Made by a program: the position numbers and the translations under genes. Under the pieces are notes generated by a model. It did no database searches. It was not told where the DNA came from and saw nothing but the letters and a program-made list of their open reading frames with translations. 64,000 nt of DNA from Mobula hypostoma (Eukaryota). The stretch spans positions 67,272,001-67,336,000 of the forward strand of contig NC_086097.1 in assembly GCF_963921235.1 (NCBI RefSeq). Reading direction: 5' to 3'. Positions 50,640-64,000 of this stretch are shown in pieces (the first letter of the stretch is position 1; each line of letters begins with the position of its first letter).

Positions 50640-51715
50640 TTGGTTAATTATTGTTACGCATAATGAAGTACAATGGAAAACTTGTCTTGCATACTGTTCG
50701 TACAAACCTACTCATTACAATAGTGCATTGGGGCAGGTCAAGGTAAAATAATAAGAGAGTGCAGAGTAAAGTGTTAACATTACAGAGAAAGTGCATTGCA
50801 GATAGATAATAAGCTGTATGGTTAAAAGTAGGTGGATTGTCAGGTTACGAGTCCATCTTATTGTACTAGGGAAACATTTGATCATCTTATAACAGCTGTT
50901 AGAAACTGTTCTTGAGCCAAATGGTTCGCTCTTTCAGGCTTTTGTATCTTCTGCCTGACGGAAGGTAGAAGAACAAAGAGTAACGGAGGTAGGTTGACTG
51001 GCTTACTGAGGCAGCGGGAAGTATAGAAGTACAGCGGGAGTCCATAGTGGGAGGCTGGTTTCCACGAGGTGCTGAGCTGTGTCCACATCTCTCTGCTGTT
51101 CCTTTTGGTCAAGTGCCGAGCAGCTGCCGCACCAAGCCATCGGATTGGATGCTTCCATGGTGCATCAACAAAAATTTGTGAGTGTCAATGGGACACGGCA
51201 AATTTCTTTAGCCTCCAGAGTCCTGAGAGAGTACTGAGATGCGCTGTTGTACTTTCTTAGCTGACATATCTATGTGGTTTGACCTAGACAGGCTATGAGT
51301 GATAGCCTCCTAGGAATTTGAAGCTCTTAATCCTCTTGTTCTCCGTAGCATGAATCGGTCAGGAGTATGTGCATCGCCCCTCTCGTGAAGTTGATGATTG
51401 GCTCCTGTCTTCTTGACATAGAAGGAAAGGTTGTTGCCCTGACGCCATGTTACTAAGCTCTCTGTCTCCTTCCTGTACTTTGATTCATCATTATTTGAGA
51501 CAAGGTCCATTTTATGGTGGCGTCGTCTGAAAACTTGTAGCTAGGGTAGAGCAGAATCTGGCCATACACTCATGAGTATGTAGGGAGTAGAGTGGGGGGG
51601 GGGCACGGGAGGGTTGAGGATGCAGTCCTGCGGCGAAACGGTGTTGAGGATAATCATGGCAAAGGTGTTGCTGCCTATCCTTACTGATTGTAGTCTGTTG
51701 GTCTGGAAATCAAAG
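50640..51715 (-). mobile_element. Old Rex1/Babar LINE fragment
   Basis: Minus strand reads tacaagttttcagacgacgccacc (YKFSDDAT) and LVSNNDESKYRKETESLVTWRQGNNLS. Confidence 0.75.
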
Positions 51716-52494
51716 GGAAATGCTCAACAATTCTAGTGAAAGATATGAGGTTTTTTTGTATTACTTTATGCTTACTTATTCTTTCAGCCATCATGAAGTT
51801 ATTGCTACCAATGGAACTAACAGTGTTCATTCATTATGAGAAGAATTGGAGCCACTTGCAGTGTCTCATCTTTGGGTTTAACAAGCTAATGAGCCAGCAA
51901 CTGCTTGCATAGCAATTTTTCTATCTCTGAGCTTTCTTGTTTATTTTCCTTTTAACAATTGAGTATCAGAAGAAAATGCCCTACTTCAAAGAGCCCAGCC
52001 TCTCTCAGTTGTGAATAATACAGAGATCTGCCTTTTAAGAGCATTACTACCTCTTCACTGTGCACAAGGGTTATGTTCAGTGACTTGTGATGCCTATTGA
52101 AAAATGAGGAAGATAAGTGATTTAATCATGAATCTCTCATTTTCAATGAGTGAAATTAAGGCATAGTGGACATTAAAAGAAATCTTTAATTTTTATTTCA
52201 TAACAATTGATAAAACCAATAGAGGTAGTCGTGTTTTGAATTTAACTAATATTTCCACTTACATGTTGCTTTTAATGCAATAAACCATCTCTAAGTTCTT
52301 CATGGAAGCTTTACCCAACCAACTGCCATTGCTTGGTCAAAGCTAGGTCAAAGAGGTGAATCTTGAATATCATAAATGTGGGGAGAGAGGAAGATGGAAT
52401 AGCAGATGTTTAGGGCATTGATAGTTGAGGACTGCTACATGTGAAACCACGATGATCTGGAGGTGAGAATGGGATTAGTGCACAGTAGATATGG

Positions 52495-54910
52495 AATATA
52501 GAACAGTACAGCACAGGAACAGGCTCTTCTGTCCATGAAGTTGTGCCAAACTAACTAAATTAGTAATCAAATGAACCACTCTTCCCTCTAAGTTGCGCAA
52601 GTGCATGGCCGCACAGTAACTACAATGCTCCCACACACGTAGCCTTTGTGCCGCACAGCTGGAATTTTCTTTCATATAATGTCATTTGAATATTCCACAA
52701 TTTTCAGGTCATGTAAAAATTTTCTGCTCAGGACAATGGCTGGTCCGTGCAGCTGTTGAAAAAGTTAGCGGGAACATTGAACTGAACTAGTCCCTTCCGC
52801 CTACACAATGTCTGTATCCTTCCACTTCCTTCCTTCATGTTCATGTGCCTCCTGAACACCTCTATTGTATTTGCCGTCACCACCACCTCAGGCAACACAT
52901 TCCAGGCCAGGCACCCACCACTCTGTAAAAACTTGCCCTACGCTTGCCTTTTGAGTTAACCCCCTCTCACCTTAAATGCATGAACTCTAGTATTAGATAT
53001 TTCAACCCAGGGACAGAGATACTGTCAGTCTACTTTATCTGTTTCTTATAGTCTTCTAAACTTCTATCAGATCTTCTCTGAGCCTCTACCTCTCTAAAGA
53101 AAACAACACAAAGTTTGTCCAACCTCTACTTATAGTTCATGTTCTCTAATCCTGTAATCCTCTTCTGCACCCTCTCTAAAGACTATACATCTTCACTATA
53201 ATGGGTTGTCCCGAATTGAGTGCACTGCTCCAGATGTGGCCTAACCAGAGTTTTATAAAGCAGCAACATAACTTCCTGACTTTTGAGCTGAATTTCTTGA
53301 CTAATAAAGGCAAGTATGCCATATGCCTTCTTTACCTCCCTGGGAACCACTTCCAGGAAGCTATGGACATGAACTACAAGATCCCTCTGCACATCAACAC
53401 TATTAAGGGTCTTTGTATTAACACTATCTTTTTGCCATTGATCTGCAAAAGTGCAACACTTTATATTTGGCTGGGTTAAAGTCCTTCTGCCAGTTCACTG
53501 CCCATATTTCCAACTGACCTCTACATCCCACTGCATCCTTGGTGAGTCTTCTAAGCTATCCATAACACCACCAATCTTTCTAACATCTGCACTATTACTA
53601 ACTTGTCCATCTATATTTTCAGCCATGTCATTTATATATATCACACAAACAGCAGAGGTCCTAGTACAAATTCCTGTGGAACACCACTAGTCAGAATAAG
53701 TCTCATTGACCACCACCCTCTATGGGCAAGCCAATTCTGACTACAAATGGCCAACTCACCATGGATCCCATGCATCTTAGTCTTCTGGATGAGCCTCCCT
53801 TGAGGGACCTTGAGGGATGTTAGACCTTGTAACGTCCACAGCTCAACTATCACCAGCTATCTTTGTCACCTCCTGAAGAAACTCAGTCACTATTTGCTCT
53901 GCAAGAGGTCATGCTGGCTCTCCCTAATTAGGTCATGGTTTTCCAATTGCTCATAAACCCTACCCCTAAGAATCCCCTCAAGTAACTTCCCCACCAGTGA
54001 GGTTACACTCACCAACCTATAGTTTACAGGATTATGCTTGTTGCTTTTCTTGGATAATGGAGCAACATTAGCTACTCACCAGCACTCCAGGACGTCCCCC
54101 ATGGCAGTGTGGACATGAAGATATTGATCAAGATTCCAGCAAACTCATCACTTGCCTATCTCAATAACCTGGGATAAATCTTATCCAGCCCTGGGACTTA
54201 GCTACCTTAATGCTTTTAAGAGACCAAACACTACCCCCTTCAACTAGAAGTACCTTAGTATAAATGCACTGGAACACCTCACAGTGATCTCACTACCTTC
54301 CACACCCTTCTCCTTCGTAGATACTGATACAAAGAGCTCATTTAGGACATCGCCCACATCCTCCACCTCCAGGCAAATGTTCCCTCCTTTGTTCTTGAAT
54401 GGTCCTACTCGTTTCCTAGTTATCCTCTTGCTCTTGATGTATGTACAGAATGCATTGGAATTCTCTTTATTCCTAATTGCTAAGGACTTTAAGTGGCCCC
54501 TCTTGGCTTTCCCAAGTCCTTTCTTGTGTTATTTTCCAGGTTCTTTATAATCCTCAAGAACTCTGTTTGATTTTAGCTTCCCAAACCTTACATATTGCTT
54601 CCTTTCTCTTTTTAACCAAATTCACCACCTCTCCAAGATCCAAGGTCCCCTCTCCTTGTCCTTCCTCCTTACTGGAACATACCTGTCTAGTACTCAGTGC
54701 AGTTGGTTTTTAAACACTCTCCATTGTGGAGTTGCCCCAAAAAAAGCTGTTCATAATTAACTCACCCTAGTTTCTACCTAATACTCCTGTAATTTGCCCT
54801 GCTCCAGTTTAATACTCTCTTCCAAGGTCTTTACTCATCTACAGCTATTCTAAAACTTAAGGAGATGTGATCACTCTTTGTTAACTCTTCTCCCACTGGT
54901 AGGTCAGTCA
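52495..54910 (-). mobile_element. Old decayed CR1 LINE
   Basis: VKKAYGILAFISQ...LLYKTLVRPHLEQCTQF and SGVPQEFVLGPLLFV, with a CR1-type tail at ~52495. Confidence 0.85.
52577..52779. mobile_element. hAT-type MITE nested in CR1 3' UTR
   Basis: TIRs cactcttccctctaa / ttagcgggaacattg. 8-bp TSD aaatgaac / aactgaac. Confidence 0.7.
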
Positions 54911-55551
54911 CCTGACCAAACCCATGAGCGAAAACCAGGTTCAGTACGGCCTGCCTCTTATCTTGGTGCTTACAAAGCAACTTCAGTGTTGAAGAATTTA
55001 CTCTATTTTACCGAATTTTTCTGTAAGAGTTTACCCTGTTATCAAACAGAAATAAATACACAGACCGCAGTATAAAGTTCACTCTTTAATACGTGACCAT
55101 GGGGACTCTGCCAATGTCATGTTACATTTTAAACTTATAAAGTAATTTTGGGCAATAGTCAACAGCTACACATACTTGGTCAGTGATTTCAGGAAGCACA
55201 TTTTAGGTATCAGCCAGTCTAATTTTGGTACACAAAATAAGAACTGCATGTCCACATTCAGTTTCCCTTTTAGCCAGACAGACAACTTGTTTCTTGGACA
55301 AATGTCAGCAATACCTCATTATTGGCATGACTTTTTGTTAGCTAGCACAAGCAAGACAGAGTCTGCGTCCTATCCTGTCACCATCATGACCCAAATCTTG
55401 GGCAATGCTTAGATAGTCCAGCTTGCCAACAAAACTTAAATCAAAATTTAATTTTCTTCTACACTAGGTTACCCAATCTTCCCTCCAGCTATCATGAGAT
55501 TTGCTAATGACTGTTTGTGAAGGTTCCTTAATGTATTTTCAGATCAATATA

Positions 55552-57176
55552 CAGTAGCATGCAAATGTTTGGGCACCCCGGTCAAAATTTCTGTTACTGT
55601 GAATAGCTAAGTGAGTAAAAGATGAACTGATTTCCAAAAGGCATAAAGTTAAAGATGGGACATTTCTTTAATATTTTAAGCAAGATTACTTTTTTTAATT
55701 CCATCTTTTACAGTTTCAAAATAATAAAAAAGGAAAAGGGCCCGAAGCAAAAGTTTGAGCACCCTGCATGGCAGTACTTAGTAACACCCCCTTTTGGCAA
55801 GTATCACAGCTTGTAAATGCTTTCTGTAGCCAGCTAAGAGTCTTTCAATTCTTGTTTGGGGGATTTTCACCCATTCTTCCTTGCAAAAGGCTTCTAGTTC
55901 TGTGAGATTCTTGGGCCGCCTTGCATGCACTGCTCTTTTGAGGTCTACCCACAGATTTTCAATGATGTTTAGGTCGGGGGACTGTGAGGGCCATGGCAAA
56001 ACCTTCAGCTTGCGCCTCTTGAGGTAGTCCATTGTAGATCTTGAGGTGTGCTTAGGATCGTTATCCTGTTGTAGAAGCCATCCTCTTTTCATCTTCAGCA
56101 TTTTTTACAGACGGTGTGATGTTTGCTTCCAGAATTTGCTGGCATTTAATTGAATTCATTCTTCCCTCTACCAGTGAAATGTCCCCCGTACCACTGGCTG
56201 TAACACAAGCCCAAAGCATGATTGATCCACCCCTGTGCTTAACAGTTGGAGAGGTGTTTTTTTCATGAAATTCTGCACCCTTTTTTCTCCAAACATACCT
56301 TTGCTCACTGCGGCCAAAAAGTTCTATTTTAACTTCATCAGTCCACAGGACTTGTTTCCAAAATACATCAGGCTTGTTTAGATGTTCCTTTGCAAACTTC
56401 TGATGCTGAATTTTGTGGTGAGGATGCAGGAAAGGTTTTCTTCTGATGACTCTCCCATGAAGGTCATATTTGTGCAGGTGTCACTGTACAGTAGAACAGT
56501 GCACCACCACTCCAGAGTCTGCTAAATCTTCCTGAAGGTCTTTTGCAGTCAAATGGGGGCTTTTGATTTGCCTTTCTAGCAATCGTATGAGCAGTTCTCT
56601 TGGAAGGTTTTCTTGATCTTCCAGACCTCAGCTTGACCCCCACCGTTCCTGTTAACTGCCATTTCTTAATTACATTATGAACTGAGGAAATGGCTACCTG
56701 AAAACGCTTTGCTATTTTCTTATAGCCTTTTCCTGCTTTGTGGGCATCATTTATTTTAGTTTTCAGAGTGCTAGGCAGCTGCTTAGAGGAGCCCATGGAT
56801 GCTGATTGTTGGGACAAGGTTTGAGGCGTCAGGGTATTTATAAAGCTTTGAAATTTGCATCACCTGGCCTTTCCTAATGATGATTATGAACAAGCCATTG
56901 CCCTAACAAGCTAATTAAGGTCTGAGACCTTGGTAAAAGTTACCTGATAGCTCAAATCTCTTAGGGTGCCCAAACTTTTGCATGGTGCTCCTTTCCTTTT
57001 TTTTACACTAAAATTGTACGAAACAAAAATAACACACTAATCTTGCTTAAAATGTTGAAAAGAATGTTTCATCTTTAGCTTTATGACTTTTGGAGATCAG
57101 TACATCTTCTACTCACTTAACTATTCACAGTAACAGAAATTTTGACCAGGGGTGCCCAAACTTTTGCATGCCACTG
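55552..57176 (-). mobile_element. Full-length Tc1 DNA transposon (IR/DR type, DD34E)
   Basis: ta|cagtagcatgcaaatgtttgggcaccc ... gggtgcccaaacttttgcatgccactg|ta. ~215-bp TIRs with inner repeats at ~55750 and ~56963. TA TSD. Confidence 0.95.
55778..56796 (-). pseudogene. Tc1 transposase, frameshifted
   Basis: GKGYKKIAKRF HTH, WTDE, and QQDNDPKH...WPSQSPDLNIIENLW with 34 residues between D and E. Split across ORFs 56464-56817 and 55778-56101. Confidence 0.92.
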
Positions 57177-58407
57177 TATGTTCACTTCATTTGGAGCAGC
57201 TTTTATAGTTTTAAGGAGGAGGTTGCTTCACAGAGGTGTTCAAAACCTCTTCACAGCAGATGTTCTGATATTTCTTGAGTGAATGAAGTCAGCACTGGGG
57301 CCTTAAAGGACTCAAAGAGGTATTAACTGGCAACACCTGCCAGTATAACTTCCCTTCTCTCAGACCTTTACTTCATCCAGCACCTTGCTATACCCACTGC
57401 ATCAGGCTTATTGGTCTGTGTTACTACATGTGTTAACCGTGAGCCAAGGGATAATGGTTTTGTGATTGACACCATTTAAGAAGGTTATAACCCCAATCTT
57501 ATATCTGATAGTAAATGTTCCTCACGAGTTAAAACAAGGATTAAACTGCTGGTAATTAATTTACTTTTCCATTCATAATCCTGAGATTGTAAAATAAAGC
57601 AATGCAATACAGACCATGATTTTACTGGAATTCCACTGAATAACAATTCACATCCATCATCTCCGTAAACACTACTTCCTCCTCCAAGCTTATTGATCCT
57701 ATTGTTATTTGTGCTGTGTGCTATTTGGCTGTCTGTTTCCTATGCTGCAGATGCTAATAGTTTCAAAAATACTTCATTAGCTGCAAACTATTTTTGGATA
57801 TCATGAGATTACAGAAGGCACCATATAATTGTGAGCCTTTCTTATCAATGACTAACATTTGTCAAGTTTACCAATCCTGGGGGTTGGGTAATGACAGCTC
57901 CATAATGGTGATGTAATAATGGTACTCTTCACCACATTTGACTTTCTGTGAAATGGAACAGGATTAATCTACATCCATTATTTTTTCCATGCGTTTGTTA
58001 CAATTAAATATACAAGGTGTGGCAAACGAGGTTTTAATCTGATGAAAGAGAAAACCTTCATTCAAATCATAAATTTACTGCAACCCCTTTATTGTCTTTC
58101 AAATATAAAAGACACTTAAAAGTGATTATGTATTTTTTCCAGTGCTGGCACTGCTGTGCATTTTGAAGAATACAATGAAGGTAAATTGAGTGAGTTGTAA
58201 TTTTAGAAAAGAAGCAAAATCAGCAGGGGATAAATGATATTGTTATCTAGAACAACAAGATGTAAAAATATCTTGCCAGCTGAGCTGTAAATGGAATTGA
58301 AAGCTACTTTCTATCTCTGGTTGATCATTAATGAAAAATTATTCTCGGTTTCTAATAAGGACATCATAATTTGCATCTTGTTCCAAAAGGTCATAAATAC
58401 TTTTCAT

Positions 58408-58435
58408 AAACAAGAGAAACTCTGCAGATGCTGGA
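58408..58435 (-). mobile_element. ~28-bp Penelope tail-only insertion
   Basis: aaacaagagaaactctgcagatgctgga flanked by ttttcat on both sides. Confidence 0.5.
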
Positions 58436-58601
58436 TTTTCATGATTTTTTTTTAGTTCCAGGAACATACTGATAAATTCAGATTAATATCAATAGTGAAA
58501 AGAGCTGTTCACACTACCTTCTGAGAGAGGAGATTCTGATTGACACTCATATACGTTGTCTTCCACACAAATTAAGGAAACATCTAATTCATTATTTCAC
58601 G

Positions 58602-59262
58602 TCAGAATCAGAATCAGGTTTATTATCTCTGAAATCTGTTATTCTTGTTATTCTGCAGCAGCAGTAAAGTGCATGACATAAAAATGACCATAAGTTACAA
58701 ACAACTAAATCATGCCAAGGAGGAGTAACAAGGCATTGTTCACTGGCCATGGACCATTCGGAAATGTGATGGCTGAGGGGAAGGAGCTGTCCCTAAAATG
58801 TTGTGTGTGGGTCTTCAGGCTCCTGTACCTCATCCCTATAAAAGCATGAACCAGGGCATTACAGTGGTAATGAGAAGAGGGGCATATCCCAGATGGTGAA
58901 TGTCCTTAATAATTCCTTCTTGAGGCACAACCTCTTCAAGGTGCCTTTGATGGCAGATGGACTGGGCCCATGTTGGAGCTGGCTGAAGCTACAACCCTCT
59001 GCAGCTTCTGTGATACTACACTTTGGAACCTCCAAATCAGGCAGTGTTGTGATCAGTCAGAATGCTCCCCACTGTATACAGTTATGTGTAGAAATTTGCA
59101 GGAGGCTTTAGTGACTTCTCAAACTAATGAAGTAGAACTCCTGGCATGCTTTCTTCATGATTGCATCAGTGTGTTGGGCCCATGATAGATACTCTGAGCC
59201 GTTGACACCCAGGAGCGTGAAGCTACTCACCCTTTTCACTGCTAACCCTTCAGTGAGGATCA
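58602..59262 (-). mobile_element. Old Rex1/Babar LINE 3' fragment
   Basis: (cagaat)n tail at 58602 and VKRVSSFTLLGV...LSWAQHTDAIMKKACQ. Confidence 0.75.
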
Positions 59263-59534
59263 GTTGTTCCTCCAACCTGAGTGTGGCTTCATCTTTATAG
59301 TAGAGGAGGCCGTGGATAGACATGTCAGAATGGGAATGGGATGTGGAATTAAAATGAGTGGCCACTGGGAGATCCTGCTTTCTCTGGCGGACAGAGCGTA
59401 GATGTTCAGCAAAGCGGTCTCCCAGTCTGCGTCGGGTCTCACCAATATATAAAAGGCCACATCGGGAGCACCGGACGCAGTATATCACCCCAGTCAACTC
59501 ACAGGTGAAGTGATGCCTCACCTGGAAGGACTGT
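59263..59534 (-). mobile_element. Young Penelope internal fragment (GIY-YIG)
   Basis: Near-identical to ~4041-4311; the tail is missing. Confidence 0.92.
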
Positions 59535-60124
59535 ATCTCATCTGCCATTTCTTTGCCCACTCTCCTAAACTGACTAAGTCTCTCTGCAACCTTTCTGTTT
59601 CTTCAACATTTCCTGCTCCTCCACCTATCTTGGTGTCATCCGCAAATTTAGCCACAAAACCATTTAATCCATAATCCAAATCATCGATATACATCATAAA
59701 AAGAAGCGGCCCCAACACCGACCCCTGTGGAACACCACTAGTAACCGGCAACCAATCAGAATAGGATCCCTTTATTCTCGCCCTTTGCTTTCTGCCTATC
59801 ATCCAATGCTCCACCCATTTCAATGTCTTTCCTATAATTCCATGGGCTCTCATCTTATCAAGCAGCCTCATATGCGGCACCTTATCGAAGGCCTTTTGAA
59901 AATCCAAATACACAACATCCACAGCCTCTCCCTTGTCAATCTTATTCAAGATTACCTCAAAAAATTCCAATAGGTTGGTGAGGCAGGATCTTCCCTTCAT
60001 GAAACCATGCTGGCTTCGGCCTATCTTGTCATGTACCGCAAGATATTTCATAACCTCGTCCTTGAGGATTGACTCCAATATCTTTCCAACTACCGATGTC
60101 ACACTAATAGGTCTGTAATTTTCT
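59531..60124 (-). mobile_element. CR1 RT fragment (different subfamily)
   Basis: ENYRPISVTS...YLDFQKAFDKV...GVPQGSVLGP...KFADDTK in the C-terminal half of ORF 59518-60888. Confidence 0.9.
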
Positions 60125-63100
60125 TCATTGAATTGATTTTGGTTAATCTCTATTGGTAGGGTCTGAAAGAGATATAGTAGTCGGGGCAGTATATTCATTT
60201 TAATAGATTCAGTCCTTGAACTGAGACCAAGAAAAGGAATTAGGTTCCATCTTGTTATATCTTCCTCAATTTTTTTATATATAGGCTGATAATTGCATTC
60301 TGATAATTTTGCCAAATCTTTTGGCATAATAATGCCCAAATATTTGACGGACTCTGTTTGCCATGCCCAAGGATATCTACTTTCAATTTCTCTTGGTGGG
60401 CTATAGTTATATGAAAGTAGTTGGGTTTTATCTATGTTGATCTTGTATCCTGATAATTGGCCATATTGTTCAAAGGATTGCATCAATTTAGGTAAAGAGT
60501 ATGTTGGTTGCCCTAGATAGATCAAAAAGTCATCCGCGTAACAGGCCAATTTATGCTCTTTCCCTTTAGTAGTAATTCCCCTGAGATCTTCATTTTGTCT
60601 GATGTGTTGAGCTAATGGTTCCAGATATAATGCGAAGAGTAGTGGTGACCATGCACAACCCTGTCTCGTGCCCCTTTCTAGGGTAAAACTGCTAGATAAA
60701 TATCCATTGATTTTAATCCTGGCAGTAGGATTGTCGTATAGTTCCTGTATAGTTTTAATAATTGTGTCATGTAGATGAAATCTATGTAAAACTCTGTAAA
60801 GAAAATTCCAATTAACTGAATCAAATGCCTTTTCAGCGTCCACGCTTATCACTATTGCTTCAAATTTCATTTTTTTAATACGACCCATAATGTGAAGTGT
60901 CCTTTGTATATTGTCTTGTGTTTGGCGTTGTTGTATAAAACCTGTCTGATCATTATGTGTATCAGTGTGGGTAGAAACTCTTCTATTCGTTTGGCCATGA
61001 TGGAGGTAAATGTTTTATAATCCACATTAAGAACAGATATTGGTCTAAATAACCCACATTCCATTTTATCCTTGCCTTCTTTCGGTACAGCTGAGATTAT
61101 CACCTCGTTCCAGCTGGGTGGCATTTGTGCCTTTCTTAGAGCCCAGTTCAGTGTGGGGAGCAAAACAGGGATTAACTCACTTCTAAACTCTTTATACCAC
61201 TCTGCCGTATATCCATCCGATCTTGGTGACTTGCTTAATTTAAGCCTACTAATGGCAGTTTTTAGTTCAGCTTCAGTTATGTCAGCAGTCATCGTTTTAT
61301 TTTGTTCTTTGCTTAAGGTGGGTAACTCTAAAGGATTCAGGAAGGTGTCAATTTGGGTTATGTTTCCCCCTGGAACTTTGGAATACAGTATAGAGTTTTG
61401 TAAAACATTTCAAAAGCTTCTTGAATTTCACTTAGCTTATTTTTTTTCCATCACTTTTGTACTTAGATCCCTTATTCTATGAATTGTATTTTCTGCTATC
61501 TTTTTTTTCCAGTTTCCACGCCAGTATTTTCATAGATTTAGATCCACTTTCATAGTGTCTCTGTTTCAGATACATCAAATTTTTTCTAATTTCTTGGGTA
61601 GCCAAACTATTAATTTCATTTTTAATTTTTAATTTCCTCCAGTGTATCCTGTGCCAAACTCAATTTGTGTTTTTTTCTAGTTCCTTCAGCTTATGTTGTA
61701 ATTCCTCTAATGTTTTATTGCTTATTTTTTTTCTTATATGAAGATATCGCTATAATTTTCCCTCTTAAGACAGCCTTCAGAATGGGAGGTGAAACCTCTC
61801 CATTATCATTGAATTCTAAGTAAAGACCAATTTCTTTTTTAATTTGTTTCTTAAAATAGGGATCATTGAGTAGACTTGAATTTAGTTTCCAAGTGGTATT
61901 CTTTGGCTGTAGGTCAAAATCAACAGATAAATATTCAAGTGCATGGTCACTTACATCTATTGTCCCAATTCCACAGGTGTTTATTTTCTCTTTATCCTTT
62001 CCAAATGTTATGAAATAGTCTATTCCTGTATATACGGAATGGGGGGCAGAATAATGAGTGTAATCCCTTCTATCGGGGAAAAGGTCCCTCCATATATCAA
62101 TTAGACCAACATCCTCAAAAACAGTGTTAACTTTCTTATGTAAGGACTTTGTCTCATAAGTTTTTCTATTGGAAGAGTCTAACTTTGGTTGTAATTGTAA
62201 ATTTAAGTCTCTCCCACATATCAAGAGACCTTCTGTTTCCGTTACCATAATATTAGTAATTTCCTGGAAGAAACTAATATCACTTCCTGGGGGTGTGTAT
62301 ATATTCAATAAAGTTACTGGATTTGCATCTATATTCCCCCTTACCAGAATATATCTGCCCTCCTTATCTCCCATTTCGAATACTTTTTCAAAATTTAGCT
62401 TGCTTGAGATGAGAATAGCCGGTCCTCTTCTATGTCCTGATCTATATGAGGAGAAAAACAAATTAGTGAAGCCCATTCTCTTTAATTTTCCATGCTCATT
62501 ATCATTTAAGTGAGTTTCCCGTAAATATACTACATGGGCTTGTTCTTTTTTCATTTTTGATAGAATTTTCTTGCGCTTGACTGGATTCAATAGCTCATTG
62601 ACATTAAAGAAATGAATTTTACTTTGTCCTTATCCATGTGTATTTATCTGTTAGTATATCATTGAAATTTGCAGAATATAACTTAATCGATGTACTCCCT
62701 GAACAAATAAGAGCCAAGAAACGTGAATAATAAAAAAAAGGTAACGAAGCTGTGATTCCAAGGCTGGTGTCTCTAGATGACCCTGGGTTGAGCTAGAAGA
62801 AACGTCTAGCCGTGGGGGATAGCCCCTCCTACCTGTGAATTGAGGGCCCCCGCTGGAGTACCTATAAAAGTAAGTAAAAAAAATCTATGTCCATTACACA
62901 GAAATGATTTCCCTGTGTATTCCTCCCAAGTATATATTCTAATTTAGGTGGAGAAAAAGGAATGAATGAATGAATTTTAAAAAATTGAGTAATATAAGAT
63001 CCACATTATAATATGTATTTCTCGAGATAGCTATATAACCGTCTATTTTTGCTTCCGTTTAGTTTATCAGCACTTTTAAAGTTAGCCAAACCTTATGGCT

Positions 63101-64000
63101 TTTCTGGAGGAGGTGAGGGCTGTCCTCGGAGAACTCACAGTCTCTCCCTAATATCCTTCTCTCGTCCTGCTCCCGTCCCCTGCTTTCTCGGTTCTCTTAC
63201 TATTTCCCAAACAAATTGGGATAACTGCTCACCAGACTTTCCCTTGGTTTGACCACGCTAATGGGCAGTCCTCTGTTCTTCATGTCTGTAGTCGCCTCTT
63301 CCACCGTCTGGTAAAGTCGTATCCCTTCTTGGTAAAATACCCTCAGTTTAGCAGGGTATGGGGTTCGGAATTTAACCTTTTCTTGCTTTAATATTGGTTT
63401 TGCTTCGGAATATTCCTTCTGTTTCTGTCAGACCGCTGGGGGGTGATCATGATCGAAGTATATTAACTTCCTATTCCAAAAAACCCTCTTCTTACCGCAG
63501 GCCCTTCGTAGAATCTCCGCCTTGCTCTTGAATCGAATGAATCTAAGTACTATTGAGTGCGGCTTACTTTCTCTGTCTCCGGGAGGCCTCGGGATGAATG
63601 AACAATGTGCCCTCTCAATTTCAATCTCCATAGTCAGGGGAATCTCCTGCGCTTCCCGCAGCAGCTTTTCTACAAAGTCTATCATCGGCAATCCCTCTGC
63701 TCCTTCGGGAACATTATAAATCCTGATACTCTCCTGTCACGATCTTCCCTCCTGGTCAAGCAATTTACTTTCCTGTTGACTTAATATTTTTATCGTCTTA
63801 CCTAGCATCTGTTCCACATTTTGCATGCAATATTCCACCTTCTCAATTCGAGTCTCTGCCACCACTATTTTCTGAATGACGTTGGCGAGCTCTGACTTTA
63901 TATCATTTAGTTGCTGTTTTATATCTTTTTGGACTTCCCTTATCTCTTCCAGTGTTGGCTTCGCCGCCACGCGCACGTGCAGGAGAGCCGCTTGCTGCAC
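60125..64000 (-). mobile_element. L1/Tx1-clade LINE: ORF1 (~63080-64000), APE endonuclease (61715-62620) and RT (60125-61300); decayed, 3' end lost, continues beyond the window
   Basis: ORF1 coiled coil plus EIERAH...IVLRF...IYFDHD. APE motifs YLRETH, LLNIYTP, IDY and SDH. RT motifs RPISVLNVDYK, DAEKAFD, GTRQGC and YADD. Confidence 0.93.

Noticed and set aside
1..64000. Prokaryotic systems (CRISPR array, retron, group II intron, DGR) suggested by RT ORFs and repeats
   Set aside because: All RTs are eukaryotic LINE or Penelope types, and there are no regularly spaced repeat-spacer arrays or operon structure. No tRNA or rRNA genes were seen.

Overview
Eukaryotic, repeat-dense, apparently intronic or intergenic DNA with no identifiable host protein-coding gene. 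The repeat mix (CR1 LINEs with (TTCTATGT)n tails, Penelope-like elements, Rex1/Babar, an HE1/V-SINE-like SINE, L1/Tx1, Tc1) suggests a vertebrate, most likely a cartilaginous fish such as a ray or shark (inference). Every long ORF I could assign is transposon-derived. Main structures: (1) an old CR1 holding a young CR1 that was itself hit twice by Penelope elements ~90 bp apart (1.5-7.7 kb); (2) a decayed HERO/NeSL-type RLE retrotransposon with an internal TIR element (19.2-23.3 kb); (3) an old near-full-length CR1 holding a young CR1 and an inverted Penelope (31.3-39.6 kb); (4) a full-length Tc1 (55.6-57.2 kb); (5) an L1-CR1-Penelope-Rex chimera (58.6-64 kb). The most notable signals are minimal hammerhead ribozyme motifs in the Penelope tails, a perfect 70-bp fold-back mini-Penelope broken at the ribozyme, consistent 13-14 bp Penelope TSDs with repeated insertion into CR1 ORF2, and an unexplained 1.1-kb CpG-rich segment bounded by a 45-bp direct repeat. 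All calls are by eye, without database searches.
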